Shown here: piece after piece, positions 40,626 through 50,354 of the stretch
How positions within the stretch are numbered: the stretch's first letter is position 1
Layout of the letters: each line of letters begins with the position of its first letter
Sequence record: NZ_CP040393.1
Strand: one strand, 5' to 3'
Origin: a plasmid
DNA length: 64,000 bases
The notes under the pieces: model-generated
Told to the model about the DNA's origin: nothing
The model's database searches: none
The model's input: the letters and a program-made list of their open reading frames with translations, nothing else
Program-made: the position numbers and the translations under genes

Positions 40626-41300
40626 TTACTCCGGTTTATTCCACGGAAGCGGGACTTCTTCCGCTTCAGCAATTTTCTCCCGCAGATACCACTCAAAAGC
40701 CATACAGAGCACCTTCAGTGCCTGCGCATCTTTATTCTGGTCAAGAATTCGCTCCGTAAAATAACCCAGAGAATTCATCAGCCTTGTCAGCATTTCATCG
40801 TTAAGACTCCGTTTGTGTACCCGCGCCATAATTCTGATTTCGCTCGCGAGATTTTCCGGGATTCGCATACTGTAACCTGACGTTTTACCCGGAATAAGCA
40901 CCCGCTCGCCCTCGCGCCACATCCACGCCATCTCAGAACGCCCGCCCGGATTTACCGGGAGGTGAGGTTTTTCCTTGCCCTCAGAAAATATATCCTCCAG
41001 CCATTCTTCAAATTTTACCGCCAGAGAAATAATTCTTTCCCCTTCCGCCGTCTTAATTACCGGCACATGTGGCTGATAATTCAGGGACATTAACAGGCGC
41101 GCAATAATTTCATCATTAACACTTCGCCCACCTGTTCTGGCGCAAACCCGCAATTCCATTAACAGGTTGTCCGGCGCACGCAGTCGCCATTCCACCGTCT
41201 CGCCCGCAGTGAACTTACGCGGCCGCCCTCGGTGGTCCCACATTTTCTCTTTTACTTTCATCTGGATAGATCCCTGACAACTCAGGCGTTGTACCTGCAT
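40626..41300 (-). CDS. Tandem double ribbon-helix-helix (Arc/MetJ/TraY-like) protein on the minus strand, in the traJ/traY slot
   Basis: Internal duplication: TVEWRLRAPDNLLMELRVCARTGGRSVNDEIIARLLMSLNY and YSMRIPENLASEIRIMARVHKRSLNDEMLTRLMNSLGY. No + strand ORF of 60 aa or more lies between traM and traA. Confidence 0.6.
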   Translation of the reverse strand: MQVQRLSCQGSIQMKVKEKMWDHRGRPRKFTAGETVEWRLRAPDNLLMELRVCARTGGRSVNDEIIARLLMSLNYQPHVPVIKTAEGERIISLAVKFEEWLEDIFSEGKEKPHLPVNPGGRSEMAWMWREGERVLIPGKTSGYSMRIPENLASEIRIMARVHKRSLNDEMLTRLMNSLGYFTERILDQNKDAQALKVLCMAFEWYLREKIAEAEEVPLPWNKPE

Positions 41301-41458
41301 GACCTAGGGTATGTTCTGCCCATACTCAGATAATTCCTAATATTGTTGAAAAGTGTGATGCGTCTCACAGTTTTTTTTTTTTAGGGTCATGAGACACTAA
41401 TGCCCGCGTAAACAACCACTTACGCAATCACCTTTTGTTTACATCCGGAGAAACAAGC

Positions 41459-41812
41459 ATGTTCAAGCAGGACAATGCCCTTAATGTCAGGCAGGGATGG
41501 GCGGTAGCGTCTTTATTTCGCAAAGCCCGTGAATATATTCAGTTTCGGCAGTTTTTAAAAAACGGAGGATTAATTTTAATTTCACTTATGGTCAGTCATT
41601 ATGCGCTGGCCAGCGGGAGCGATTTACTGGCTCCTCAGGATTCCACCGTAACCGGTACATTTGGTCACGGCTCCTCACTTGAAAAATATTTATATTATGC
41701 TGAAATATTTATCGCTGTTTTTTTGTATGTGAAAGCCCGCTCCCCGCTCGTTTTTGTTGGCCTTGTTATGGTTATTATCTTTACCCGCCTGGGTTTCTCT
41801 CTGGCAGGTTAA
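41459..41812 (+). CDS. traA: Propilin TraA
   Basis: A long leader is followed by the hydrophobic mature pilin region (F-pilin architecture). GGAGA RBS. Confidence 0.8.
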   Translation: MFKQDNALNVRQGWAVASLFRKAREYIQFRQFLKNGGLILISLMVSHYALASGSDLLAPQDSTVTGTFGHGSSLEKYLYYAEIFIAVFLYVKARSPLVFVGLVMVIIFTRLGFSLAG

Positions 41813-42117
41813 TGATGAGCGGGGAAGATGATAAATATTACTTCCCGGAAACGTTAAATCACCAGTCCCGATACTTCGGCCTTCCCCTCGACGAACTCAT
41901 TATTATTGCTCCCCTTACGTTATTAGGTATCGCATTTAATATGTCGACCGCCCTGGGGATAGTTTCGGGTGTGCTCTGGTGGATAGTCAGATATCTGAAA
42001 AAAGGGCAGGGGTCGTACTGGTTACTGAATTTCTGTTACTGGCACCTCCCCACCTTAATTTTCAGGGTGACTTTCAGGTTAATTCCTGAATCCAGTTTCC
42101 GTCACTGGAGGGCGTGA
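41812..42117 (+). CDS. traL: TraL
   Basis: Position and size (101 aa). Membrane protein. Confidence 0.75.
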   Translation: MMSGEDDKYYFPETLNHQSRYFGLPLDELIIIAPLTLLGIAFNMSTALGIVSGVLWWIVRYLKKGQGSYWLLNFCYWHLPTLIFRVTFRLIPESSFRHWRA

Positions 42118-42121
42118 ACGC

Positions 42122-42700
42122 GTGAAATTAGATATCAGGCGCAACCGGGATAAATATCTCCGTTACGCATTCATCGGAATGGCCGCGTACTGCATTGCAG
42201 CCACTCTCGGCAACATACTGAGCGGCTCTCTGGCCTGGCATTTTGCCACCCGCCAGAAAACCATCACCACGCCCATGATTTTCAACCAGCCATTCAGTTC
42301 TGACGCGTCGTCGGCTGACTCTCCAGCCATGACAATGTTCGCACTCTCTTTTCTGTATATGCGGCTTAACGTCAGTCCGGAAAACATCGATGGCCAGCAA
42401 AAATTGCTTCTCGGGTATGTTCCGGCAGAAAGCCGGAACGCACTCAAAAAAGCTCTCGATGTGGAAGCTGACCGGATTAAAAAAGGAGGCATCACCTGGC
42501 GATACGACACACGCGCCCTGCGCATGATTAAACCCGGCGTGATTGACGCCGATGTCGTTCTCCACCCCTCAACCACCAACGGCAATATCACCACCGACCT
42601 GAAGGAGCAGGCCAGAACCTACCAGCTCCGGATGAGTTATGAGAACGGCATTATCAGACTGCTTGATATGACCGAACTCGTGCCGGCCACCACTAACTGA
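42122..42700 (+). CDS. traE: TraE
   Basis: 192 aa. N-terminal TM. Synteny. Confidence 0.75.
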   Translation: MKLDIRRNRDKYLRYAFIGMAAYCIAATLGNILSGSLAWHFATRQKTITTPMIFNQPFSSDASSADSPAMTMFALSFLYMRLNVSPENIDGQQKLLLGYVPAESRNALKKALDVEADRIKKGGITWRYDTRALRMIKPGVIDADVVLHPSTTNGNITTDLKEQARTYQLRMSYENGIIRLLDMTELVPATTN

Positions 42701-42713
42701 ATCAGGACTGCCA

Positions 42714-43454
42714 ATGAAAATACGTTTTTCACCGGCAGCTGCTGCTGTGTTACTGGCAACGGGATTTTTCACGGGCGGCCTCCGGGCCGCCATCATTCCC
42801 GGCGCCACACCGTTTGAGAATGACGCGTCCTTTACCGTCACCCTCAGTAACACCAACCCCAACAAAATCGTCATTGACGGGGAAATGGTGACCAGCATCA
42901 GCGGGCCGCAAGGGGCTTATGACAAGAAACCAACCGATGACGGGGCACTGATTCTGTCGCCCCTGGTTGGACAGAACTTCACTGTATTTATCGAAACCGC
43001 CAGAGGCGCTGCACTGAGCCTGAACGTTCAGCCGAAACCGGGTCCCGGACGCACGCTGCGCTATGTGCCACTGAGCCAGCCGAAAGTTAAAAATGAGGAT
43101 GCGAAAGCCTGGGAAGAAGGCCAGAGCTACGAGAAAACACTCGTCAGTCTGTCACGCAGTATCGCGCAGGGCGACGTCCCGGAGGGATACCAGGATATCC
43201 CGGTGAGCCGCCTGCCGGCTTACGCTCCGGCGGTCACCGTGCAACTGACCCCTGAGCGCCAGCTGGTCGGCACCCACCTGCGCATTGTCCGCTTCCGCAT
43301 GAAAAATCCCGGCGTGGTCACCACGCAGCTGCGCGAGCGTGATTTCTGGCGCAAAGGGGTTTGCGCCGTGATGCTGTCGCAGAATCAGCTGTATGCGAAC
43401 GGGGAAGGGTATGTGTGGGTGGTGTTCTCTACAGACGGAGAACCTCATCCATGA
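42714..43454 (+). CDS. traK: TraK
   Basis: 246 aa. Signal peptide. Synteny. Confidence 0.75.
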   Translation: MKIRFSPAAAAVLLATGFFTGGLRAAIIPGATPFENDASFTVTLSNTNPNKIVIDGEMVTSISGPQGAYDKKPTDDGALILSPLVGQNFTVFIETARGAALSLNVQPKPGPGRTLRYVPLSQPKVKNEDAKAWEEGQSYEKTLVSLSRSIAQGDVPEGYQDIPVSRLPAYAPAVTVQLTPERQLVGTHLRIVRFRMKNPGVVTTQLRERDFWRKGVCAVMLSQNQLYANGEGYVWVVFSTDGEPHP

Positions 43455-44869
43455 ACATCAACGTGAAAACCCGGCGTACCCAGATTGCCATCCTTGTCGG
43501 CGTACTGATAACGGCCGGCGTGACAGCCGCTGCCGTTATCACCTTCGGTGGCGAAGGTCCTGGTGGCCAGCACAAGCCTAAACAGAACGTACCTGCACCC
43601 AACATGACCGGCGTTATCGGTCCCGCCTTTGACGAGCAGGTACAGCAGTCCGCCATGACCCAGCAGCAGGCTAAGACCTCTGCGCTGGAAGCCAGAGTGG
43701 ACGGGCTGGCGCAGACGATTAAGCAAAACCAGATTGATTTCTCCGCTCAGTTGCAAAAAAAGGACGCCGAGATTCAGCGTCTGAATGACCAACTGACGAA
43801 GCAGCCGGGTGCCACCGGCAGCAACGGACAACCCACCGGGCAGCAGACACCACCTGCTTCTCCGGACGGCACACCACTGCCGGGTCCGGTTGCTGCCGGT
43901 CAGGCCAGACCCCCTCAGTACACTGTCACTCCGGTGAACGGCGCGCCAGCCGCCATTGGCGCAGCCGCAAATCAGGGTGCCGGGTTTTATCCCGGCGGCA
44001 GTGGTAATCGCATGACTGCGGGTATCGACAAAACCACCTTTAACTACGAAAGCCTGAAAAAGAAACCCACTAAGCTGCCCTGGATATCCTCCGGCTCCTT
44101 CTCTGACGCCATCATGATTGAGGGTGCTGACGCCAACGCCAGCGTCACCGGTCAGCAGAACAGCCGGCCTGTGACAATCCGCCTTCAGGGCAAAACCACC
44201 ATGCCAAACAACCGCCAGTTTGACCTGGATGGCTGTTTTATCGTGGGGGAAATCTGGGGTGACATCTCCAGTGAACGCGGCGAAGTACGGACGAAGACTA
44301 TCAGCTGCAACCTGAAAAACGGCAAGGACATCGACATGGAGTTTGAAGGCCATGTCAGCTTCCAGGGCAAGGGTGGCATCAAAGGCACGCCGGTAATGCG
44401 TAACGGCAAAATCATCGGCTATGCCGGCGCGGCCGGGCTGCTCTCCGGCTTCGGTGAGGGTATCAAATCCGCCGCCACTCCGTCTGTGGGACTGGGGGCC
44501 ACCGCGAACGTCAGTGCCGGTGATGTCTTAGGACAGGGATTCGGCGGGGGCGCGAGCAAAGCCGCTGACACGCTGAGCCAGTACTGGATTAAGCGGGCTG
44601 AGCAGTATCACCCCATCATTGATATCGGTGCCGGTAACAAGGTCACCGTGGTGTTCCAGAAGGGCTTTCAGCTCGAAACCCGGCAGGACAGCGAAGAGGA
44701 AAAAGCCAGAGCTGCTGCGCAGAACGCCGGCGAAACAGCGAAAAATGCGGTAACCGGGAACAACACGCCGGTCGCCAGTACCTCCTCAACGTCCTCTGTC
44801 GGCAACATCGATCCGGATGAAGTGCTGCGTCAGGCAAAAGGACTGCAGCTTGGCGACACCATCAACTGA
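43451..44869 (+). CDS. traB: TraB
   Basis: 472 aa. ATGA overlap with traK. N-terminal TM. Pro/Gln-rich linker. Confidence 0.8.
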   Translation: MNINVKTRRTQIAILVGVLITAGVTAAAVITFGGEGPGGQHKPKQNVPAPNMTGVIGPAFDEQVQQSAMTQQQAKTSALEARVDGLAQTIKQNQIDFSAQLQKKDAEIQRLNDQLTKQPGATGSNGQPTGQQTPPASPDGTPLPGPVAAGQARPPQYTVTPVNGAPAAIGAAANQGAGFYPGGSGNRMTAGIDKTTFNYESLKKKPTKLPWISSGSFSDAIMIEGADANASVTGQQNSRPVTIRLQGKTTMPNNRQFDLDGCFIVGEIWGDISSERGEVRTKTISCNLKNGKDIDMEFEGHVSFQGKGGIKGTPVMRNGKIIGYAGAAGLLSGFGEGIKSAATPSVGLGATANVSAGDVLGQGFGGGASKAADTLSQYWIKRAEQYHPIIDIGAGNKVTVVFQKGFQLETRQDSEEEKARAAAQNAGETAKNAVTGNNTPVASTSSTSSVGNIDPDEVLRQAKGLQLGDTIN

Positions 44870-44880
44870 GGGGGATAGCG

Positions 44881-45348
44881 GTGAAAAAAGACCGTAACGC
44901 TAAAGTTCTGCGGCAAATACGCAGTGATATTAACCAGTGGCGCGCGGGCGGCTTTCCGCCCGGTAAGCGGTTATTTCTGTTCGTCTGGGGGCTTCCCACT
45001 CTTGGCGGATTCTGGCTGGTGATGAATTCATCAGCGAAACCGGCAGTGTCAGCGCTTATATTCGCGCTTATCTCCGGCGTTGCCCTGATTTTTGCCACAG
45101 TGGTCACTGCGGCCGCCCCAAAAACATGGAGTGAAACCCTGGATAAAAGACTCTCCACATACCAGCCACAGAACCTGGTGGCCTGGAACTATTTACAGAA
45201 AACAGCCAGCAAAAAGGGAAAGCTTGAAGTGCATGACCTGGAGCGCTGGTATGAAAGCGAGGCCATTACCGCCTGCCCTCGGGTGAAAAAACCGCTTCGC
45301 TTTCTGAACCATCGACCGGAGACGAAAGATACGGAGTCACTGAAATGA
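44881..45348 (+). CDS. traP: TraP-like
   Basis: Position after traB. Membrane protein. Confidence 0.55.
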   Translation: MKKDRNAKVLRQIRSDINQWRAGGFPPGKRLFLFVWGLPTLGGFWLVMNSSAKPAVSALIFALISGVALIFATVVTAAAPKTWSETLDKRLSTYQPQNLVAWNYLQKTASKKGKLEVHDLERWYESEAITACPRVKKPLRFLNHRPETKDTESLK

Positions 45349-45551
45349 ACCGTTATGCAACGAACACTCTTGTGCTTATCACGCTGGCTCTGCTCGCTTC
45401 ACTGATGCTAATGGTCAGCGCCGCAAAGGGCGAGGCTCTTCAGACCGGGCTGAACTTACTCAGACCGGTCTGTTTCAGTACTCCAGGCCGGACAGAGGCC
45501 AGATTTTTATCGAACCATTCACCGACCGGGCAAAATCATGCAAATAAATAA
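45345..45551 (+). CDS. Small membrane protein in the trbD position (68 aa)
   Basis: Translationally coupled to traP. Confidence 0.4.
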   Translation: MNRYATNTLVLITLALLASLMLMVSAAKGEALQTGLNLLRPVCFSTPGRTEARFLSNHSPTGQNHANK

Positions 45552-46428
45552 CTATGCAGAAATGACAATGAATATTAGTAAAAAGAGCCTCTTTGTATTA
45601 CTTACAGTTGCAGGACTCATTCTTGCCCTGATAGCTGCCTTTCTTTCAATTTATACCGTAAATGAAGGAGAACGAGGCATTGTGCTTCGGAATGGCAGGG
45701 TGGTGACGGTTGCCGGGCCGGGTATGGGTCTCAAAATACCTTTCATTGAAAGCGTGGAGAAAATTACAGTTCGCAACGAAGCGATGCTTTACAGGGGGCT
45801 GAGTGCATACAGCAGTGACCAGCAACCCGCCCAGATGACCGTTTCTGTTAACTTCCACATCCCGCCTTCTGACGTTGAACGGGTTTATGCGGGATACAAA
45901 ACGGTTGAAGATATGAAAACTCGCCTTATTGCCCGCCAGATACCCACACAGCTTGAAAATGTTTTTGGACAATATACGGCTATCAGTGCAGTACAGAACC
46001 GCACCCGTCTTGTTCTGGATGTCCAGAATGCGCTACGCAAGTCTGTTGATGGTCCGGTAGTTATCGATACCGTCCAGATCGAGAATATCGATTTTTCTGA
46101 TGCTTATGAAAAATCCATCGAAGACCGAATGAAAGCCGAGGTGGCTATTGCGACCCGCAGGCAGAATCTTGAAACGGAAAAGATTCAGGCGCAAATAACG
46201 GTAACCAAGGCACAGGCTACAGCTGACAGCAAACTGGCTGCTGCAAAGGCTGATTCTGAATCTATTCGACTGCGTGGTAGCGCAGAAGCCGAAGCGATCC
46301 GGGCGAAAGGGGAGGCGCTGAAAGATAATCCGTCTCTTGTCAGCCTGACCACCGCCGAACGCTGGGATGGAAAATTACCCGCCTCTATGGTTCCGGGAGG
46401 CAGCGTTCCCTTCATTTCTGTTAAGTAG
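45538..46428 (+). CDS. SPFH/band-7 (HflC/prohibitin-like) membrane protein inserted between traP/trbD and traV
   Basis: N-terminal TM followed by the SPFH core (YTVNEGERGIVLRNGRVV...GLKIPFIE...) and a coiled-coil tail. Confidence 0.75.
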   Translation: MQINNYAEMTMNISKKSLFVLLTVAGLILALIAAFLSIYTVNEGERGIVLRNGRVVTVAGPGMGLKIPFIESVEKITVRNEAMLYRGLSAYSSDQQPAQMTVSVNFHIPPSDVERVYAGYKTVEDMKTRLIARQIPTQLENVFGQYTAISAVQNRTRLVLDVQNALRKSVDGPVVIDTVQIENIDFSDAYEKSIEDRMKAEVAIATRRQNLETEKIQAQITVTKAQATADSKLAAAKADSESIRLRGSAEAEAIRAKGEALKDNPSLVSLTTAERWDGKLPASMVPGGSVPFISVK

Positions 46429-46478
46429 TTAAATTCCAGGCAACACCCCCTCAGATATCCTTTTATCCGGAGACATCC

Positions 46479-47066
46479 ATGCGTAAATTACTGGGTGCCG
46501 CACTGCTGTGCGGCGCGCTAACCGGCTGCGCCGGTATGAACTCAGATTTTGACTGTAACGCCACGGCCACCGATAAATGCCTGACCACTGCCGAAGCCAA
46601 TAAACTGGCTGCGCAGGGTAAAAGCATTGACGATATCGGTGCCGAAAAAGACGTAAAAAAGCCTGCGGGTGAAACCCTGCCGGCACTGCGTAACACGGCA
46701 CCGGTTGTAATTCCTTCCCGCCCCGTTTCTGTCGCAGCAACCGGAATCACCCCCAAAGCCATTGCACCGCGTCCGATCGTGGCTTCGCCCACGCCGGTTA
46801 CACCCACCACAACCACGCGCAGCACGCTGACGGGTCAGCCCCTGACTACGCCGATTCAGCCGCTGCCGTATGTCTCTCCGGCCCGTTCCGTCAGTGATGC
46901 CGGGCGCGTGACCGCGCAGCGCATCCCGGATGCCACACAGCGCCTGTGGATTGCGCCGTGGGTGGATACCGATGACAACTTCCATCAGCCGGCTGTCGTC
47001 GAGTTTGTGAAAAACAAATCCCACTGGGATGAAGGTTTTCGCGTCATCGGGGAGGACGGCGAATGA
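46479..47066 (+). CDS. traV: TraV lipoprotein
   Basis: Lipobox LTGCAG. Synteny. Confidence 0.75.
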   Translation: MRKLLGAALLCGALTGCAGMNSDFDCNATATDKCLTTAEANKLAAQGKSIDDIGAEKDVKKPAGETLPALRNTAPVVIPSRPVSVAATGITPKAIAPRPIVASPTPVTPTTTTRSTLTGQPLTTPIQPLPYVSPARSVSDAGRVTAQRIPDATQRLWIAPWVDTDDNFHQPAVVEFVKNKSHWDEGFRVIGEDGE

Positions 47067-47302
47067 TGAAAGCACAACGTCGCACCGGCGCGAAACGTGA
47101 ACCCCGCAACTGGCAGGGCGGCTGCCGCTTCGCCGATGAGGCTCCGGAGGCGGATTGCTCGGGCCTGCTGGAAGACACGCTGGGCCATCTGCGAAGCAAC
47201 CTGCTGGAAAGTCATATCGCCCAGGACAACATGCACGCACTGCGCCTTGAACTCATCGGTGATATTGCAGCCCGGCTGCAACCCCACGGGAGAATGAAAT
47301 AA
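47063..47302 (+). CDS. Small ORF in the traR position (79 aa). It lacks the TraR/DksA C4 zinc finger
   Basis: Positional only. The sequence has only 2 Cys. Confidence 0.35.
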   Translation: MMKAQRRTGAKREPRNWQGGCRFADEAPEADCSGLLEDTLGHLRSNLLESHIAQDNMHALRLELIGDIAARLQPHGRMK

Positions 47303-49941
47303 TGTCTGAATTTCTCGACAGTCTTGTGAGTCTCCTTCAGAAAGGGGGCGAGAAAGACGGTGCTGCCACAGCCAGAGCGAACCTGCAGCAGGCCTGGGAT
47401 TATCCTTCCCTGACGGCGGCGCTTCCCTGGCGTTATTACGATGACACCAACGACCTCTTTATCAACAACAGTACGGCCGGTTTTATTCTGGAGGCCGCGC
47501 CGCTGCCCGGAGCCAATGAGCAGGTGGTAGCGGCACTGGATGACATGCTGCGCAAAAAACTACCCCGCAGGACGCCGGTCACCGTGATTATGGTGGCCAG
47601 CAAATGTGTCGGCGAGCGCATTGCGAGAGGGGTCAGTACCGATATGTGGAAAGGCCCGCTGGCCTCCCACCTTAACAGCATAACCCGCGCATTCTGGGAA
47701 AAATCATCCCTTGAGGGAATGGCCAACCGCCGTGAGTACCCGCTCTTTCTTCGCAATTACCGGGTATTCATTGTCTTTGGGAAAAAAGGCCGGTTTACCA
47801 CCCGGTTAATGGACGAACTCAAGCAGATACGCAACACCATCCGCGTGTCGCTGGAAGCCGCCCGGATTGACTCCATCAACACTTCCGCCAGTGATTTCCT
47901 TTCGCTGATGCGTGAGCTGATCAATTACCGTTCCGCTCAGGTTATGCCCGCCAGTGCCGGATGGGACAGCGTGGAAGAGCTGAACCGGCAGGTCGTTGAT
48001 CAGGGGATAGATATCAAGGTCCGGCCTTCACATCTCCGACTGGAACTGCCGGAAAATGTCACGCAAGTGCCGGTCAGCTTTTCGCAGGAGCAGGTGTCAG
48101 GCACCAGGCAGGTCCGCCTTCCCGCGTCGGCCTGCCGTCTGGTGAACATGCAGCTCACCAAAAGTCCCACCCGTTTTGCGCTCTGGCAGGGGGCCGATAA
48201 CCTCCAGAATTTACGTTTCCCCGATCTGGGTATCCCCTGCCCCTTTATGCTCACCTGGACGGTGGAGCTGGAAGAGCAAACCAGAAGCCAGGGTGAAGCG
48301 ATGCGCAAGAACATGGATCTCTCTAAAAAAGCGAATTCCGCTTACGCCCTGCTGTTTCCCGGCATCAAAAAACAGGCCGAAGAATGGCGAAAAATGCAGA
48401 TGGAACTGGGTACCAACGAAGTGGCGTTATGCCGGTTTTATTTCAATCTGACGCTGTTCACACCGGATAACGATCAGGACTCACTCTCCTGTGAACTGGC
48501 CGCCATCAATGTGTTTCGTAAAAACGAACTGGAACTCACCACCATCCAGTATCAGCAGATGCGTAACTGGATGGCCGCGATGCCCTTCATGATGCAGGAG
48601 GGCCTCTGGGCCGATCTGAAAACGACCGGCGCCACTCTGCGCGCGAAAAGCTGGAACGCCACCAATCTGATGCCGGTGGTCGGGGAACGTCACCTTTCCC
48701 GGCGGGGGATGCCGCTGCCCACCTACCGTAACCAGGTCGCCTTTTTTGACATGTTTGGTGAAGAGAACGGCAGCACCAACTTCAATATTGCCGTGACCGG
48801 CACATCCGGGGCAGGGAAATCGTTCTTCACCCAGGGGGTTCTGCGCGACGTGCTGAATGCGGAGGGGTATGCCTGGGTTATCGACATGGGGGACAGCTAC
48901 AAAAACTACTGTAAACAGGCTGGCGGGGTCTATCTCGATGGCGCAGATCTGCGGTTTAACCCGTTTGCCAACGTGGTGGACAGCAAGGTGTCGGGGGAAA
49001 ACATCATGCGGCTGCTGACCGTGCTGGCCAGCCCCCAGGAGCCGCTCGATGCCGTGTGTGAGGCCATTCTGCTGAAAGCGGTGGTCTGGGCGTTTGATCA
49101 GAAAGCACAGAAGGCCCGCATTGACGATGTTCACGCCTATCTTACCAGTGCGGAAGTGAACAGCGCCTTCGAGGACAAACCCACCATCATTTCCCGGCTG
49201 GCCGAGCTGGCACTGTTGCTGGAGCCTTACTGTACGTGGGGACCTTACGGGGAATACTTCAACGCCGACGAGCCAACACTGAATGGCGAAACCCGCTTTG
49301 CGGTGCTGGAGCTGCTCAGCCTCGAGAACAAACCGAAGCTGCTCAGCGCCATCCTGTTTTCGCTCATTCTGGCGATTCAGGAAAAGATGTACCACAGTCC
49401 GCGTAACCTCAAAAAAGTGGCCATCATCGATGAGGCGTGGCGTCTGCTCAGCGGCTCCAACCCGCATGCCGCGAAGTTCATCGAAACCGGTTACCGCACC
49501 GTGCGTCGTCACCGTGGCGGCTTTATCACCATCACACAGGGGATTAAGGACTTTACCGCCAGTAAGGAAGCGGAAGCCGCATGGAACAACAGTTCCACCA
49601 AAATTACGCTTCTGCAGGACGCGAAAGCCTTCAAACAGTACCTGACGGAATATCCCGATCAGTTCTCCGAGATTGAAAAAGAGGTCATCAAATACTTCCA
49701 GCCCGCGCTTGATACCGGCTTCAGTTCGCTGCTGATCACGGCAGGGGAGCGCAGTTCATTCCACCGGCTGTTTGTCGACCCGGTGACGCGGGCCATGTTC
49801 AGCTCACGCGGCGAGGACTTTGCCTTCATGCAGGAGGAGCAGAAGAAGGGGGCCAGTTCAGAAGAGGCGGCTTACCGGCTTGCCAGGGTGAAATACGGGC
49901 CGGAGCTTGCGGCGCTTGAAGAATGGGTGAAAGCAGCATGA
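47302..49941 (+). CDS. traC: TraC, type IV secretion ATPase
   Basis: 879 aa. Walker A GTSGAGKS. Synteny. Confidence 0.9.
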   Translation: MSEFLDSLVSLLQKGGEKDGAATARANLQQAWDYPSLTAALPWRYYDDTNDLFINNSTAGFILEAAPLPGANEQVVAALDDMLRKKLPRRTPVTVIMVASKCVGERIARGVSTDMWKGPLASHLNSITRAFWEKSSLEGMANRREYPLFLRNYRVFIVFGKKGRFTTRLMDELKQIRNTIRVSLEAARIDSINTSASDFLSLMRELINYRSAQVMPASAGWDSVEELNRQVVDQGIDIKVRPSHLRLELPENVTQVPVSFSQEQVSGTRQVRLPASACRLVNMQLTKSPTRFALWQGADNLQNLRFPDLGIPCPFMLTWTVELEEQTRSQGEAMRKNMDLSKKANSAYALLFPGIKKQAEEWRKMQMELGTNEVALCRFYFNLTLFTPDNDQDSLSCELAAINVFRKNELELTTIQYQQMRNWMAAMPFMMQEGLWADLKTTGATLRAKSWNATNLMPVVGERHLSRRGMPLPTYRNQVAFFDMFGEENGSTNFNIAVTGTSGAGKSFFTQGVLRDVLNAEGYAWVIDMGDSYKNYCKQAGGVYLDGADLRFNPFANVVDSKVSGENIMRLLTVLASPQEPLDAVCEAILLKAVVWAFDQKAQKARIDDVHAYLTSAEVNSAFEDKPTIISRLAELALLLEPYCTWGPYGEYFNADEPTLNGETRFAVLELLSLENKPKLLSAILFSLILAIQEKMYHSPRNLKKVAIIDEAWRLLSGSNPHAAKFIETGYRTVRRHRGGFITITQGIKDFTASKEAEAAWNNSSTKITLLQDAKAFKQYLTEYPDQFSEIEKEVIKYFQPALDTGFSSLLITAGERSSFHRLFVDPVTRAMFSSRGEDFAFMQEEQKKGASSEEAAYRLARVKYGPELAALEEWVKAA

Positions 49942-50354
49942 ATGAACACAACGAAAAACCCGACAGCGGGGATGTTGTACGGGAAGGGGTGTCCCGGCCC
50001 GGCTGGCTGGCGTCGGTCCGCTGGCGGTTAGTGGTCTGTATGCTCGTCTCGCAGATGATCATGACCGGTATCAGCTGGATTGTCCTTAAAGCCGACACAC
50101 CGGAAGTGGTGACCTTCGATATGAAGGGCACGTGGGACATTTTTATGCAGCAGTCGGCACAGCAAAAACTGGATGAGGCAAAGGCGAAAGCACTCGTTAC
50201 AAGGTTCAACCTGGCCATGAGCGACAGCCTGACCGACTGGCAGAAGAAGCATAACGTCATCATTCTGGTGCAGCCTGCAGTCGTCAGCGCGCAGCAGGAC
50301 ATTACCACCGATATCCGCAACGACATTGCAGTGCGGATGCAGGAGGGCAAATGA
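49923..50354 (+). CDS. trbI: TrbI
   Basis: Position and size. N-terminal TM. Confidence 0.65.
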   Translation: MGESSMNEHNEKPDSGDVVREGVSRPGWLASVRWRLVVCMLVSQMIMTGISWIVLKADTPEVVTFDMKGTWDIFMQQSAQQKLDEAKAKALVTRFNLAMSDSLTDWQKKHNVIILVQPAVVSAQQDITTDIRNDIAVRMQEGK

